Source: a virus (lineage: Duplodnaviria > Heunggongvirae > Uroviricota > Caudoviricetes). Taken from it: a DNA stretch of 53,578 bases. How positions within the stretch are numbered: the first letter of the stretch is position 1; the number at the start of each line of letters is the position of its first letter. Location: IMG/VR virus record IMGVR_UViG_2671181188_000017; one strand, 5' to 3'. A model generated the notes under the pieces. The model had not been told where the DNA came from and did not search any database. It worked only from the letters and a program-made list of their open reading frames with translations. This document shows positions 40,961-50,730 of the stretch, piece by piece. Both the position numbers and the translations under genes were made by a program.

Positions 40961-41713
40961 TCATCTCGTCACTTTCCTCAATTGTGTCTCAGCATACGCT
41001 TCTTCCTGCCAGCACTTTGTAACCAGTTTATCAATGACATCTGCATATCCTTTGTACCACTGATAATCCGTCAGGTCTGGTACCAGCTTCTGGACATGAA
41101 GCCGCGCCAGTGTGGTTGGTAAACGGCTAAACCGGTTTCCATTGCAACGCCCACAAACCTTATAAACAGGCGTGCCATGAAGCCTGGTTCTTTTTTCATC
41201 CAGGACAATACCTTTACCCTTACACCCTCTGCACGCTGTGCTGACTTCTCCCTTACCATGACAATGCTGACACAGTTCCTTCACCCACTCTTCCTTGATA
41301 ACAGATTCCCCGCTTCTGGAGTGTTTCACCACCTCGCGCAATACATCATGAAATCCAGTACCAGCACAATGCTCACAGCGAGCCTTACTTGCCGCAGACC
41401 TGGAATAATCAGCAAAGGCAAAATTCACAAGGTAAGGAATGATCTGTAGCCGGGTTTCTTCACTCAATTTGTTCAATGTCGGGTTATCCAGTGCCATCGC
41501 GTAATTGAGCAGACCTTCAATCGCAAACTGAGGATCCTGAACACCAACTTTTGCCAGGAATAAGGCAAACCCAAGCGGTGCTTTCGACTGCACCATCCCC
41601 TGCGCAGCCATTACATCCGTAATTGTTAAACCACCAGAGCCTGTCGCCGGTGCGTCATCGCTCAATTTTGGAGATTTTGGGGAGTAATATTTCGGTAAGG
41701 CTTCAAAGTTCAT
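40961..41713 (-). CDS. Late antiterminator Q-like protein
   Basis: 250 aa with Cys-rich zinc cluster (CEHCAGTG, CQHCHGKG, CRGCKGKG, CGRCNG); located upstream of the lysis genes. Confidence 0.65.
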   Translation of the reverse strand: MNFEALPKYYSPKSPKLSDDAPATGSGGLTITDVMAAQGMVQSKAPLGFALFLAKVGVQDPQFAIEGLLNYAMALDNPTLNKLSEETRLQIIPYLVNFAFADYSRSAASKARCEHCAGTGFHDVLREVVKHSRSGESVIKEEWVKELCQHCHGKGEVSTACRGCKGKGIVLDEKRTRLHGTPVYKVCGRCNGNRFSRLPTTLARLHVQKLVPDLTDYQWYKGYADVIDKLVTKCWQEEAYAETQLRKVTR

Positions 41714-41726
41714 GCTCGTTCTCCAC

Positions 41727-42722
41727 TTACGCCAGTACGCCTATTGCCAGCGCACGATCGATAAAACGAAATATCAGCTCCAGCTGGGAGCCATACTTCT
41801 CTTCAAATGCCACGGTATCCGCATGCAGCTCGTCGTGATGCTTTCTGCACAAAGGCAACACAAAGAGGTCATGCGCTTTTGTACCCATTCCTCCCTGACC
41901 GTGACCTATCAGGTGGTGGGGATCATCAGCAGGCTTTCCACAACATGCACACGGCTGTGTCTTAACCCAGCGCGTGTACTTTTCATTAACCCAGCGGCGA
42001 CGTTTTGGGCGTAACATAAAAGACTCCGGCGACTCAGGATCCACTTTCAGCGCCAGCACCTTTTTCGCTTTATCCTGGATGATGCTGGTGGCAGGAACCG
42101 AAGGCACAAGGTCACTTTCCCGGGTAACAGACGGCACAACAGGCTTCGGTAATCTAAGTGCCTTACGGGCTGCACTTTCCGGTAAGGCATCCGCCAGGTC
42201 ATTACGAATCAGCCACCAGCACAGTTCCGGCATTGTCACAACGTGACTGTCATCAAAACCGAGATCCCGACGCACAACAGACAACACCCAGCGGGCACAG
42301 TTATCCGTTGCCATTGATTCCAGCCGTTCCGTGAACTGATCGCGCAGCTGGTTATCGCAGTGCCAGCACAGACGGATTGCGCCCGGAGCGTGTCGCATTG
42401 TGGTCATGTTCTCGCTGTGCCAGTCGGAATGAGGCCACTGGCAGCCTTTTTCACGAAGTAACCAGCTTTCAAGACATTCCACGCCACCAGCACGACGGAT
42501 CACTGCCTCATTGCGGAACACGGCCCGAACGGCAGGATCATCCGCCAGCGGTTGTGATGCCGCCGGAACGGCACCACTGGCGAAAGATGAATAACGTTCC
42601 GGCTCAGGCTCCAGCAGGACACGCCCCTGCATAAACAGGGGCATCAGCTCTGAACCTGGCCTGAACAATACGATCCCCATACGCGGGGCAATTTCAGGAG
42701 TCAGTAGTGCTCTCACGGTCAC
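41727..42722 (-). CDS. DUF968-like prophage protein
   Basis: 331 aa with C-terminal CACCGK..HH..H..C..HH metal-binding pattern. Confidence 0.55.
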   Translation of the reverse strand: MTVRALLTPEIAPRMGIVLFRPGSELMPLFMQGRVLLEPEPERYSSFASGAVPAASQPLADDPAVRAVFRNEAVIRRAGGVECLESWLLREKGCQWPHSDWHSENMTTMRHAPGAIRLCWHCDNQLRDQFTERLESMATDNCARWVLSVVRRDLGFDDSHVVTMPELCWWLIRNDLADALPESAARKALRLPKPVVPSVTRESDLVPSVPATSIIQDKAKKVLALKVDPESPESFMLRPKRRRWVNEKYTRWVKTQPCACCGKPADDPHHLIGHGQGGMGTKAHDLFVLPLCRKHHDELHADTVAFEEKYGSQLELIFRFIDRALAIGVLA

Positions 42723-42723
42723 C

Positions 42724-43533
42724 TCAATGAACGGTATCGAGCAGCTTTAACAGCTCAGGGAATCGGGATTCGAAGAAATGCGGCTGCGTCTCGCGCGGAT
42801 TTGCGGGACTGGTGATGTTCTTGCCGAACATGCAGCCTTTCGCTGTCAGCGACCAGAATTTTTTGATGTTGTTAATCGCAGTGCGGCTGTATCGTTCACG
42901 TTGTTCAACGATCCCCAGCTTCGCCATCTGGTGATATGCCTGATTAGCTGTCAGGCGGATACCATACTGCTTCAGCAGTGCACTCAATGATAGCGTGGGG
43001 CGGCTTGAGCCATCAGGCGCGTCAGCAGGAGCATCAATGGCATAGCGCGGTGCCAGATTCGGTAAGCCAACAGCCTCCTGGAGTTTCTGACAGGCACCAA
43101 GCACTGAAGAGTTAGACAGGTTTAACTCCCGGCGCATAAAGTCCAGCAGGATCACGCCAGCCTGCATCTTGTCAGCAGCCTGTCCGGATAATTTTTCCGG
43201 TGCGCTGGTTACCATATCGAAAGTACGGATCACCTTCAGATGGAATGACGGGCTGATCCACATTGCATAGGCATACACCAGTTCCTTGCAGACATACGTT
43301 CCCCGTTCATTTCCCCCATGAATCACACTCACCGGGTCAACACCCAAATTCTGGGTGTTGGTCAATTCATGAACAAGCTCAACAGTTTGTTGGCTGGAAA
43401 GAAACTTTCCCGGCTCCTTGGTTCTGGCATTTGCACCAGATGCTACTGCTGCGCGATGCAGATCGTTCAGGCTGTAACGCCCATAAGCATCACGACGAAC
43501 TTCAATACCATCAATGACCATCAGATTATTCAT
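42724..43533 (-). CDS. KilA-N domain protein (antirepressor-like)
   Basis: 269 aa; N-terminal IDGIEVRRDAYGRYSLNDLHRA.. resembles KilA-N domains. Confidence 0.6.
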   Translation of the reverse strand: MNNLMVIDGIEVRRDAYGRYSLNDLHRAAVASGANARTKEPGKFLSSQQTVELVHELTNTQNLGVDPVSVIHGGNERGTYVCKELVYAYAMWISPSFHLKVIRTFDMVTSAPEKLSGQAADKMQAGVILLDFMRRELNLSNSSVLGACQKLQEAVGLPNLAPRYAIDAPADAPDGSSRPTLSLSALLKQYGIRLTANQAYHQMAKLGIVEQRERYSRTAINNIKKFWSLTAKGCMFGKNITSPANPRETQPHFFESRFPELLKLLDTVH

Positions 43534-43552
43534 ACTTCGTTTCTCCTCTTAA

Positions 43553-43942
43553 TCAGGCGGCTGCACCCGCCGTTTTCTCGTACTTACTGATAGTGATCTC
43601 GACCTTCCCTTCCGGGATAACCGGTCCCCACTCCACCAGCATTCTTTTCACCTGACTGTCGTCTTCCCACACACCCGCGTGGGTCAGGGCGTCAAACAGC
43701 GCCTTGTTATAGTTGTCCAGATCGCGGATCCGGTTATCCGGAGGAAACAACACGATCTCCACTGAAGCAGGTGCCGACGTTGGTTTCGGCAGACGACGTA
43801 ACTGCTCAACTATTGCTGCGCACGCCGCGCTCTGGAATTTTCGCCCCGCCGCGCTTATCAGGCTCTTACCAGCAAACGCCCCTTTGTTGGGGTGTCGCCA
43901 GTACGTGTTCACGCTGGGCGGAAAAGGCAGGATCAGCTTCAT
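43553..43942 (-). CDS. rusA: RusA-family Holliday junction resolvase
   Basis: 129 aa; ..FPPDNRIRDLDNYNKALFDALTHAGVWEDDSQV.. acidic catalytic cluster typical of RusA. Confidence 0.85.
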   Translation of the reverse strand: MKLILPFPPSVNTYWRHPNKGAFAGKSLISAAGRKFQSAACAAIVEQLRRLPKPTSAPASVEIVLFPPDNRIRDLDNYNKALFDALTHAGVWEDDSQVKRMLVEWGPVIPEGKVEITISKYEKTAGAAA

Positions 43943-44265
43943 ACTTTCAGGTCCCTCTCATGTAACCAGTGGGTTGCACGCAGCCTTGCGTTTTCCTCAC
44001 CGGCAAGCAGTGCGCGGATAATCCCGACCGCCTCGCTGTCGTCGTCCTTCACCGCGATATGAAGCGTTATCCCCCGGGCCACGCCACGCTTTATCGTGAT
44101 GACGCCTTTTTTCTCCAGTGCGCGAAGATGCTCCACCGCTGCATTCACTGAACGGTATCCCAGCATGGTTGCCACCTCCTGATTGGTTGGCGGGAAGCCA
44201 CGTTCTTTCTGATAAGAAATCAGCATATCCAGCACCTGCTGCTGGCATTGAGTTAACGTCGTCAT
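43939..44265 (-). CDS. LexA-N-terminal-like DNA-binding protein
   Basis: 108 aa; LTQCQQQVLDMLISYQKERGFPPTNQEVATMLGYRSVNAAVEHLRALEKKGVI resembles the LexA winged-helix domain. Confidence 0.55.
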   Translation of the reverse strand: MTTLTQCQQQVLDMLISYQKERGFPPTNQEVATMLGYRSVNAAVEHLRALEKKGVITIKRGVARGITLHIAVKDDDSEAVGIIRALLAGEENARLRATHWLHERDLKV

Positions 44266-44948
44266 GCCGCCATCTCCCTGACCAGTTTTTCTGCCTGCTG
44301 GCGAACCTGCGCCAGAAAGGCCTCACCACATGCCTCAAGTTCATAGCGCCCGATGTAGCTGATTGCCGGTCCCTTCCAGGTCTTGTCGAAAACAGCAATA
44401 GCACCAGCGAAGAAAGCGCCTGTCGGCACCTGCTTCTCATCCTTCGGGATAAACCAGGCAGGCAGTTCAAAACCAATACGCCCGCGAATAAAAGCAATAT
44501 GATCTGCATCTTCCGGCCACCACACTTCGCTGGTGGCAGCTTTGATCAGGAAAACATAGCGCCCGCCTTTATCACGCATGGCACTGGCATGCTTCATGAT
44601 GTAACGCATGCCGGTGATGTATTGCCCCTCATGCTGACTGGCGCGGCTGTATGGGGGATTACCAAAGGCAGCACCTTTAAGCTCCGCAAGACGTTCTGAC
44701 CAGTCATGCGCCAGCGCGTTGTCTTCCGCAGTGTAATAAGCGGCACATTTGGCGTTATCACCGTCAGTGAACAGATCCAGAACAAACGGGCCAAACAGGG
44801 TGTTAATTCCCCAGAAAATGTTGTCCGGCGTGCGCCACTGATCGCCCACTTCCTTCAGTTCATGGGCTGGTTTGTTCCGCAGCTCCACCAGCGCCTGGCA
44901 ATATTTATTACTCATTAAGCCCCCACGTAATTCCCTGACAGATACCAC
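44262..44948 (-). CDS. Phage N6-adenine DNA methyltransferase
   Basis: FGNPPYS catalytic motif; 228 aa. Confidence 0.7.
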   Translation of the reverse strand: MVSVRELRGGLMSNKYCQALVELRNKPAHELKEVGDQWRTPDNIFWGINTLFGPFVLDLFTDGDNAKCAAYYTAEDNALAHDWSERLAELKGAAFGNPPYSRASQHEGQYITGMRYIMKHASAMRDKGGRYVFLIKAATSEVWWPEDADHIAFIRGRIGFELPAWFIPKDEKQVPTGAFFAGAIAVFDKTWKGPAISYIGRYELEACGEAFLAQVRQQAEKLVREMAA

Positions 44949-45409
44949 TCTTCACCCGATACAGCGCGCTTGCTGCTTTTCCGTAAGCACCGCTCACGAC
45001 GCGCCAGAAAATTGTTTCGTTCTGGCTGGGAGTGGCTTTCACGGAATGCCGCCATCCACACCGTTGCAGCACGACGGTATAAGCCCCTGGACTCCAGTTC
45101 TTCAGCCTGGCGGGTCAGGCACAAAATCACCCGGGGATCGTTAGTGCCGACATAGAAATTGCGCACAGGTCTGGTTTCACGAACTGGTTGTGGTTCCGGC
45201 TCCTGCGCTCTCTCAGTCAGGCGCGGGAAATGTCTGCGTGTATCCCCTTCACAACGGTGAGCCACACGCCCACTCTGACGTAACTTGCTTGCAGACTGCA
45301 GAACGCGCTGCCGTGAGTAACCTGCAAAAGCATCCGCAATGTCTCCGGAAGTACAGCCCGGATGGGCTTCAATGAATTTCTGAACGTCATTCAAAAGACT
45401 CATGCTCAC
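44915..45409 (-). CDS. Hypothetical replication-module protein
   Basis: 164-aa ORF downstream of the O-like gene; no recognisable motif. Confidence 0.35.
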   Translation of the reverse strand: MSMSLLNDVQKFIEAHPGCTSGDIADAFAGYSRQRVLQSASKLRQSGRVAHRCEGDTRRHFPRLTERAQEPEPQPVRETRPVRNFYVGTNDPRVILCLTRQAEELESRGLYRRAATVWMAAFRESHSQPERNNFLARRERCLRKSSKRAVSGEEWYLSGNYVGA

Positions 45410-46347
45410 CCCCTGAATCCTGCCGGGATCTGGCTGTAGTCCACGTTGTCGTAACTGGCTTTGAAGTACGGGTCCTCGCGTTTTTCGGTGTACGTGCTGA
45501 CGGACGGCGATAAGCGCAGGGAAAGCTCATCCCATTTTTCCCGCAGCTTCGACGGGCTGAGCACGTTACGGCACCAGAACGGATCGCGACTGACGCGGCT
45601 GTACATCTCGCAGATTTGTTTATGAGTACGACCATCCTGCACACACATCAGGCGAATTTCGTTTGCCCAGGCTGTCCAGTTCGGTTCTTTGGGACGAACC
45701 ACCTCGCCGTCACATTCGGCGGCATGCTCGTACAGGGCGATGATTTTTTTCCAGAGCCACTGTGCACAGGTCAAATCATCCTGCGTCCCCCACTGGCGCT
45801 TTTTAGGGCTGAATACAACCGCATCAGGATGGCGAGTTAAAAAATCCTGTTCATCCGTCTGCGTGTCCGGTTGCGAAGCGTCCGGACGAGAAGGTTTTTT
45901 ATCTGACGGATCATGTTTTGATTTTACTGACGGATCCCCGCCAGATTCTGACGGGTGAAAACCCGCTTTTTTGCCAGATTTCGACGCATCAAATTTTGAC
46001 GGGTCAGATTTTGATGCGTCAGATTTTGACGGGTCAGAATCTGACAGTTGAGAAAATGCCGCTGCCTGAAGCTTCGCAACGTTAAGCTGATAAACATTCG
46101 ACGCATTGCGGTTACCCTGGCGACGCGCCTTACGCGTTAACCAGCCTTCTGCTTCCAGCCGTGCGATAGCCGTTCTGACGGTGCTCATCCCCGCGCCAAT
46201 CTGGCGGGCAATGGTTTCAATTGATGGCCAGCACACACCTTCGTCATTACTGAAATCAGCCAGGCGGGCCATAATTGCCACGCTGGATAACTTCATGCCT
46301 GACGCAGCGCAACCATCCCATACATAGCCGGTTAATTTAGTGCTCAT
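45406..46347 (-). CDS. Replication initiator (lambda O-like) with internal iterons
   Basis: N-terminal winged-helix-like region; repetitive SDSDPSKSDASKSDPSKFDASKSG segment encoded by DNA iterons. Confidence 0.7.
   Translation of the reverse strand: MSTKLTGYVWDGCAASGMKLSSVAIMARLADFSNDEGVCWPSIETIARQIGAGMSTVRTAIARLEAEGWLTRKARRQGNRNASNVYQLNVAKLQAAAFSQLSDSDPSKSDASKSDPSKFDASKSGKKAGFHPSESGGDPSVKSKHDPSDKKPSRPDASQPDTQTDEQDFLTRHPDAVVFSPKKRQWGTQDDLTCAQWLWKKIIALYEHAAECDGEVVRPKEPNWTAWANEIRLMCVQDGRTHKQICEMYSRVSRDPFWCRNVLSPSKLREKWDELSLRLSPSVSTYTEKREDPYFKASYDNVDYSQIPAGFRG
45900..46046. repeat. Iteron array (about 7-8 copies of agatt(t/c)tgacgggtcaga-like 15-18 bp repeats), candidate replication origin
   Basis: Direct repeats visible in sequence inside the O-like gene, as in lambdoid ori. 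Confidence 0.6.
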
Positions 46348-46356
46348 GACCGACCT

Positions 46357-46695
46357 CTATTTCCCTGAATTTACGACGAAACTGTTCGAGCGGGCTGAAG
46401 CACTCATGCTCATAGCCTTCGCGGAGGTAGATAACCCGTTGTGTTTCCGGTTCCCAACGAATGACTCTGACGGGCACTCCGTAGTGATCTTTGAACCAGC
46501 GGTTAACTTGTCGCAAAGGACTGTCTCCTTTTGCCTGTTGAAATCACCCACAGCCCACTCTGCAAAGCTGTGGGTTACAATTTCCCTGTCACCTGGTACA
46601 TTCACTGCATAGCAATACTCCACCTTCGCTTTTCCACCCGGTACAGGAAGTGCAATCAGTTGCGAGCGACGGTAGTGTGTTGTTAAACTGTTCAT
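46357..46695 (-). CDS. Hypothetical protein between the CII-like and O-like genes
   Basis: 112-aa ORF with ATGA-type overlap to the upstream gene; the opposite-strand ORF 46340..46612 is considered less likely. Confidence 0.4.
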   Translation of the reverse strand: MNSLTTHYRRSQLIALPVPGGKAKVEYCYAVNVPGDREIVTHSFAEWAVGDFNRQKETVLCDKLTAGSKITTECPSESFVGNRKHNGLSTSAKAMSMSASARSNSFVVNSGK

Positions 46696-47204
46696 GCGTT
46701 AGTTTCTCCACAGTCACGACACGCCACGGCGCCCGGAGCTGCACACTCGCGGGCGTCATTACTTTCTGAAATGCAAAAAATTTTGTAGACCAGTGCTGCA
46801 TGCTCCTGCAGCTTCGAAATTGAGAGGTACAGCTCGTCGTTAATTGCTGTCTTCTCATGCGGTTCCACTACACCGTCTTCAATTGCTGAACGAATCTGTT
46901 TTGAATAACTGCCGATCTGTTCAATGACCTCCAGCAGGCGTTGGTTGATATCGGCGTTGTCCACATCCTCGACATCAGGAAGAGACACAAAGACGCCATT
47001 TGCAGACTGCGCCACAGCGTCAGCAATGAAGTGAGTTCCACCAGCACGTTGCAAAATCATTGCCCATCCCAGCGGGAAAATCTGATCGCCATCGGCACGA
47101 AGGCGGTTAAATAATGCGTTCTCTGTTACATCCAGCCAGTCAGCAGCTTCAGCGTACCCCCCGGCAACGCTGCGATAGTTTTTCTGACAGCTTTCACGTA
47201 CCAC
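46692..47204 (-). CDS. CII-like / YdaT-like regulatory protein
   Basis: 170 aa immediately downstream of cro; assignment mainly positional. Confidence 0.45.
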   Translation of the reverse strand: MVRESCQKNYRSVAGGYAEAADWLDVTENALFNRLRADGDQIFPLGWAMILQRAGGTHFIADAVAQSANGVFVSLPDVEDVDNADINQRLLEVIEQIGSYSKQIRSAIEDGVVEPHEKTAINDELYLSISKLQEHAALVYKIFCISESNDARECAAPGAVACRDCGETNA

Positions 47205-47234
47205 TCAGGCTGTTTTTCTACTTTCCAGTGATGC

Positions 47235-47495
47235 TTACCCACGGTTCACCTCCTGTTCCTGTGGTTTAAACCCATTCTGGTTTTGGCTAGATTGAAAACG
47301 TGCCGGATAAAGAATCTGCATTTCGCTGACTTCACCCTTAAAAAAATTGGCTAAACGTTCTGCAAGCTCGATAGATGGAATCTGCTCCAGCCTCTCAATA
47401 CGACTCAACGTCGCTGGATTGACTTGAACACCCGCAGCAACATGCTGCAAAGTGAAACCATGCGCCTTACGCACATTTCGTAATGGTGATTGCAT
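47235..47495 (-). CDS. Cro-like HTH regulator
   Basis: 86 aa; HTH HGFTLQHVAAGVQVNPATLSRIERLEQIP; divergent from cI. Confidence 0.75.
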   Translation of the reverse strand: MQSPLRNVRKAHGFTLQHVAAGVQVNPATLSRIERLEQIPSIELAERLANFFKGEVSEMQILYPARFQSSQNQNGFKPQEQEVNRG

Positions 47496-47592
47496 ACGCC
47501 CTCCAAATATTGCGCGTTATGCATGTTATTTCACGCAATTATTTTGCGCAAGTTGATTTGCTTATCACGCAATAAAGAAATGTAATAAACGC
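47496..47592. promoter_or_regulatory. Divergent cI/cro promoter-operator region
   Basis: Intergenic between divergent repressor genes; repeated cacgcaa / ttgcgc(g/a) half-sites (ttgcgcgtta, cacgcaattattttgcgcaag, atcacgcaataa). Confidence 0.6.
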
Positions 47593-48285
47593 ATGAACAT
47601 AGGAAACCGAGTCAGACAACTTCGCCAAGCGAAGAACATGAAAATCGCCGATCTCGCTGAAGCGATAGGAGTAGATGCGGCGAACATCTCGCGCTTAGAA
47701 ACGGGTAAGCAAAAACAATTTACCGAACAAACACTGAGTAATATTGCCAAGAGCTTAGGTGTTGATATTGCTGATCTCTTTACCTCTGCCCACAAAAGTA
47801 ATACTGTATATAAAAACAGTAATAATGAGGATGTTGCGCAGGTGAAGGATGTGTTCCGTATTGAAATGCTGGATATCAGTGCCAGTGCGGGAAATGGCCT
47901 TATCCAGGGCGGTGATGTCATTGATGTGATTCATGCCATCGAATACAGAACTGATAATGCTGTATCAATGTTCGGCGGACGACCAGCCAATCACATCAAA
48001 GTTATCAACGTTCGTGGGGACAGTATGTGTCCAACCATTGAGCCAGGAGATCTCATCTTCGTTGATGTCAGCATCAATCAGTTTGATGGTGATGGTATAT
48101 ATGTCTTTGGTTTTGATGACAAAATATACGTTAAAAGACTTCAAATGATTCCTGACAAACTGCTGGTGATTTCTGATAACCAGATTTACCGTGAATGGGG
48201 AATTACTAGCGAAAACGAACACCGATTCATGGTCTTTGGAAAGGTCTTAATCAGTCAGTCGCAAACCCTTAAGAGACATAATTAA
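47593..48285 (+). CDS. CI-type prophage repressor (HTH plus S24 LexA-like peptidase domain)
   Basis: N-terminal HTH (RQAKNMKIADLAEAIGVDAANISRLETG); C-terminal ..GDSMCPTIEPGDLIFVD.. with a downstream Lys (..YVKRL..), the S24 self-cleavage pattern. Confidence 0.9.
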   Translation: MNIGNRVRQLRQAKNMKIADLAEAIGVDAANISRLETGKQKQFTEQTLSNIAKSLGVDIADLFTSAHKSNTVYKNSNNEDVAQVKDVFRIEMLDISASAGNGLIQGGDVIDVIHAIEYRTDNAVSMFGGRPANHIKVINVRGDSMCPTIEPGDLIFVDVSINQFDGDGIYVFGFDDKIYVKRLQMIPDKLLVISDNQIYREWGITSENEHRFMVFGKVLISQSQTLKRHN

Positions 48286-48305
48286 CCTCAATATCCCATC
48301 CATCG

Positions 48306-48327
48306 GCCACCGAAAGGTGGCTTTTTA
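48306..48327 (+). terminator. Rho-independent terminator after cI
   Basis: gccacc-gaaa-ggtggc hairpin followed by ttttt. Confidence 0.6.
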
Positions 48328-48562
48328 TTACCTATAAATTTGCATATCTCGCAAATACCACTTGCATATCTCGCAATTTAATTTTATCTTTTATTCCAGA
48401 CCAACTACAGGATTACAACAAAATCTGGTTGCAACACGGTGCATGTGTCGTAAGCAGTCAGTAAATGTCAAAAACGAACAGGCAGGACGCCCACGAAGTA
48501 GCCGCCTGGGGCATATGAAGTCCAGGATGATTCGTTGAGTCATGTTGTGCCACTAGGCACTC

Positions 48563-48859
48563 ATGTTAAAGCAGGTGTATGAAATGAAAGTCCAGATTTT
48601 AAACAATAACTGTGAAGTCGTTTGGTCATACGACATAGCCGCCCCTGTAGATCAGAGCGGCGATAGCTGGACCAATGGGAAACATCAGATTATGGCTGGA
48701 GTTGTGTTCTCTTTACGCCGTGCTTTAGAACAGGCTGAAGTCTTTCCATCAGACCCTGAATGGAAATGGCCTTTTTCTATTTGTCCAAATTCGGAGAGTA
48801 CATTTCAGAAAATTGGTCAGAAAGTCGCACTCGAAGAGCATCAGCCAACTGTTTCCTGA
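48563..48859 (+). CDS. Hypothetical protein
   Basis: 98-aa ORF in the cI-int operon direction; overlaps a competing minus-strand ORF (48777..49022). Confidence 0.3.
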   Translation: MLKQVYEMKVQILNNNCEVVWSYDIAAPVDQSGDSWTNGKHQIMAGVVFSLRRALEQAEVFPSDPEWKWPFSICPNSESTFQKIGQKVALEEHQPTVS

Positions 48860-49508
48860 TTTTTTCAGGTAACTCGTCGGCATCGCAGAAACAACAACGC
48901 TCGATCATGTTGAAAGCCGATTCGTAGAACTGTTTTTGCTGAGTGTCGCTGAGACAGGAAAAGAGCGACGTTACGATGATTTTATTAATTGCATTATCAA
49001 GTTCTTTTTCATCAAAAGTCATTTGATTTTCCTTTTATGTATACGGGCTTAAAAGGATACCACCGAGCCTGAAGTGGTGAAAAGACAGGCACATAACAGC
49101 TAAGTATTTTCAACCAGAGAGAATCCTTAGCGTTGTGGTGAATGCGGCTCAGCGCACGCGGGTTAAGGTTGAGGCTGACAGTCGACCTTCTGTGGATACC
49201 CACCCGCCTGGTGTGCAACCTTCGCCAGGCACCGGGAGGCACCCGGCACCACAACTTTATGCTGTGTGTAGTCTTAGCGGTACCAGCTTGTACCCTTGCT
49301 TCCGGCTGGTACCGTCCTTTTTACAAAACAGAGAAGAGCATCACCGGACGACGGGCTCATAACCCAATCCATCCGGGCGGCTGCCACCGCAGGTGTTCTT
49401 CTCTGTTTTGTGGAGAAACTAACCGCCCCTACGGGGGCATTTATGGAAATGTAATTGACTCAATAATCGCCGGACGGTGAGGGCTTCCTTTTACCCGAAT
49501 TCAGCGCG

Positions 49509-50072
49509 GTGCAGCGCATATACGTGGAGAACAAAATGTCATTTATTAAAACTTTTTCCGGGAAGCATTTTTATTATGACAGGATAAATAAAGACGACAT
49601 CGTTATTAACGATATCGCGGTTTCCCTTTCAAATATCTGTCGCTTTGCAGGACATCTTTCACACTTCTACAGTGTCGCCCAACATGCGGTGCTTTGCAGC
49701 CAGCTGGTGCCACAGGAATTTGCTTTTGAAGCTTTAATGCATGATGCAACAGAAGCATATTGCCAGGACATCCCCGCACCACTGAAACGACTTCTTCCTG
49801 ACTATAAACGGATGGAAGAAAAAATAGACGCCGTAATACGTGAGAAATACGGGTTACCTCCTGTTATGAGCACGCCAGTGAAATATGCCGATCTCATTAT
49901 GCTGGCAACCGAACGCCGCGATCTCGGGCTTGATGATGGCTCTTTCTGGCCTGTACTGGAAGGTATCCCGGCAACAGAGATGTTCAAAGTGATTCCACAG
50001 GCACCGGGCCATGCCTACGGGATGTTTATGGAACGTTTTAACGAGTTATCGGAGTTACGCAAATGCGCATGA
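49509..50072 (+). CDS. HD-domain phosphohydrolase (YfdR/5'-deoxynucleotidase-like)
   Basis: ..HLSHFYSVAQHAV.. and ..HDATEAYCQDIPAPLK.. HD-domain motifs. Confidence 0.7.
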   Translation: MQRIYVENKMSFIKTFSGKHFYYDRINKDDIVINDIAVSLSNICRFAGHLSHFYSVAQHAVLCSQLVPQEFAFEALMHDATEAYCQDIPAPLKRLLPDYKRMEEKIDAVIREKYGLPPVMSTPVKYADLIMLATERRDLGLDDGSFWPVLEGIPATEMFKVIPQAPGHAYGMFMERFNELSELRKCA

Positions 50073-50425
50073 ATGTTTTCGAAATGGAAGGGTTTCTTCG
50101 TGGGAGATGTGTACCGCGAGATCTGAAAGTGAATGAAACAGATGCTGAATACCTGGTGCGTAAATTCGATGCGCTTGAAGCTAAATGTGCAGCACAGGAA
50201 AACAAAGTAATACCAGTGTCAACTGAACTGCCACCAGCAAATGAAAGTGTTTTGTTATTCGATGCTAACGGAGAAGGCTGGCTAATTGGCTGGCGTTCTC
50301 TCTGGTACACCTGGGGACAAAAAGAAACCGGAGAATGGCAGTGGACATTTCAGGTCGGGGACCTTGAAAACGTCAATATCACTCACTGGGCAGTAATGCC
50401 AAAAGCACCGGAGGCTGGAGCATAA
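50063..50425 (+). CDS. Hypothetical early protein (DUF551-like)
   Basis: 120-aa ORF with start/stop overlaps on both sides. Confidence 0.4.
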   Translation: MRMNVFEMEGFLRGRCVPRDLKVNETDAEYLVRKFDALEAKCAAQENKVIPVSTELPPANESVLLFDANGEGWLIGWRSLWYTWGQKETGEWQWTFQVGDLENVNITHWAVMPKAPEAGA

Positions 50426-50730
50426 TGACCACTTTTACCGACAAAGAACTGATTAAAGAAATTAAAGAGCGTATCAGCAGCCTTGACGTGCGAGACGATA
50501 TTGAGCGCCGTGCTTATGAAATCGCACTCCTATCTCTGGAAGTAGAACCAGATGAACGCGAAGCTTATGAATTATTCATGGAAAAGCGTTTCGGTGACTT
50601 AGTAGATCGTCGGAGAGCAAAAAACGGCGATAACGAATACATGGCATGGGATATGACTCTCGGTTGGATCGTCTGGCAGCAACGAGCAGGTATCCATTTT
50701 TCAACAATGTCACAACAAGAGGTGAAATAA
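50425..50730 (+). CDS. Hypothetical early protein
   Basis: 101-aa ORF between the DUF551-like and xis-like genes. Confidence 0.4.
   Translation: MTTFTDKELIKEIKERISSLDVRDDIERRAYEIALLSLEVEPDEREAYELFMEKRFGDLVDRRRAKNGDNEYMAWDMTLGWIVWQQRAGIHFSTMSQQEVK

Noticed and set aside
46340-46612. Plus-strand 90-aa ORF opposite the 46357..46695 gene
   Set aside because: The minus-strand ORF fits the cro-cII-O operon with a 4-nt start/stop overlap; the plus-strand ORF would be antisense to the operon. Neither has strong support.
48777-49022. Minus-strand 81-aa ORF overlapping the plus-strand ORF 48563..48859
   Set aside because: Cannot decide between the two overlapping ORFs from sequence alone; neither has motifs, so only the operon-direction ORF was listed at low confidence.
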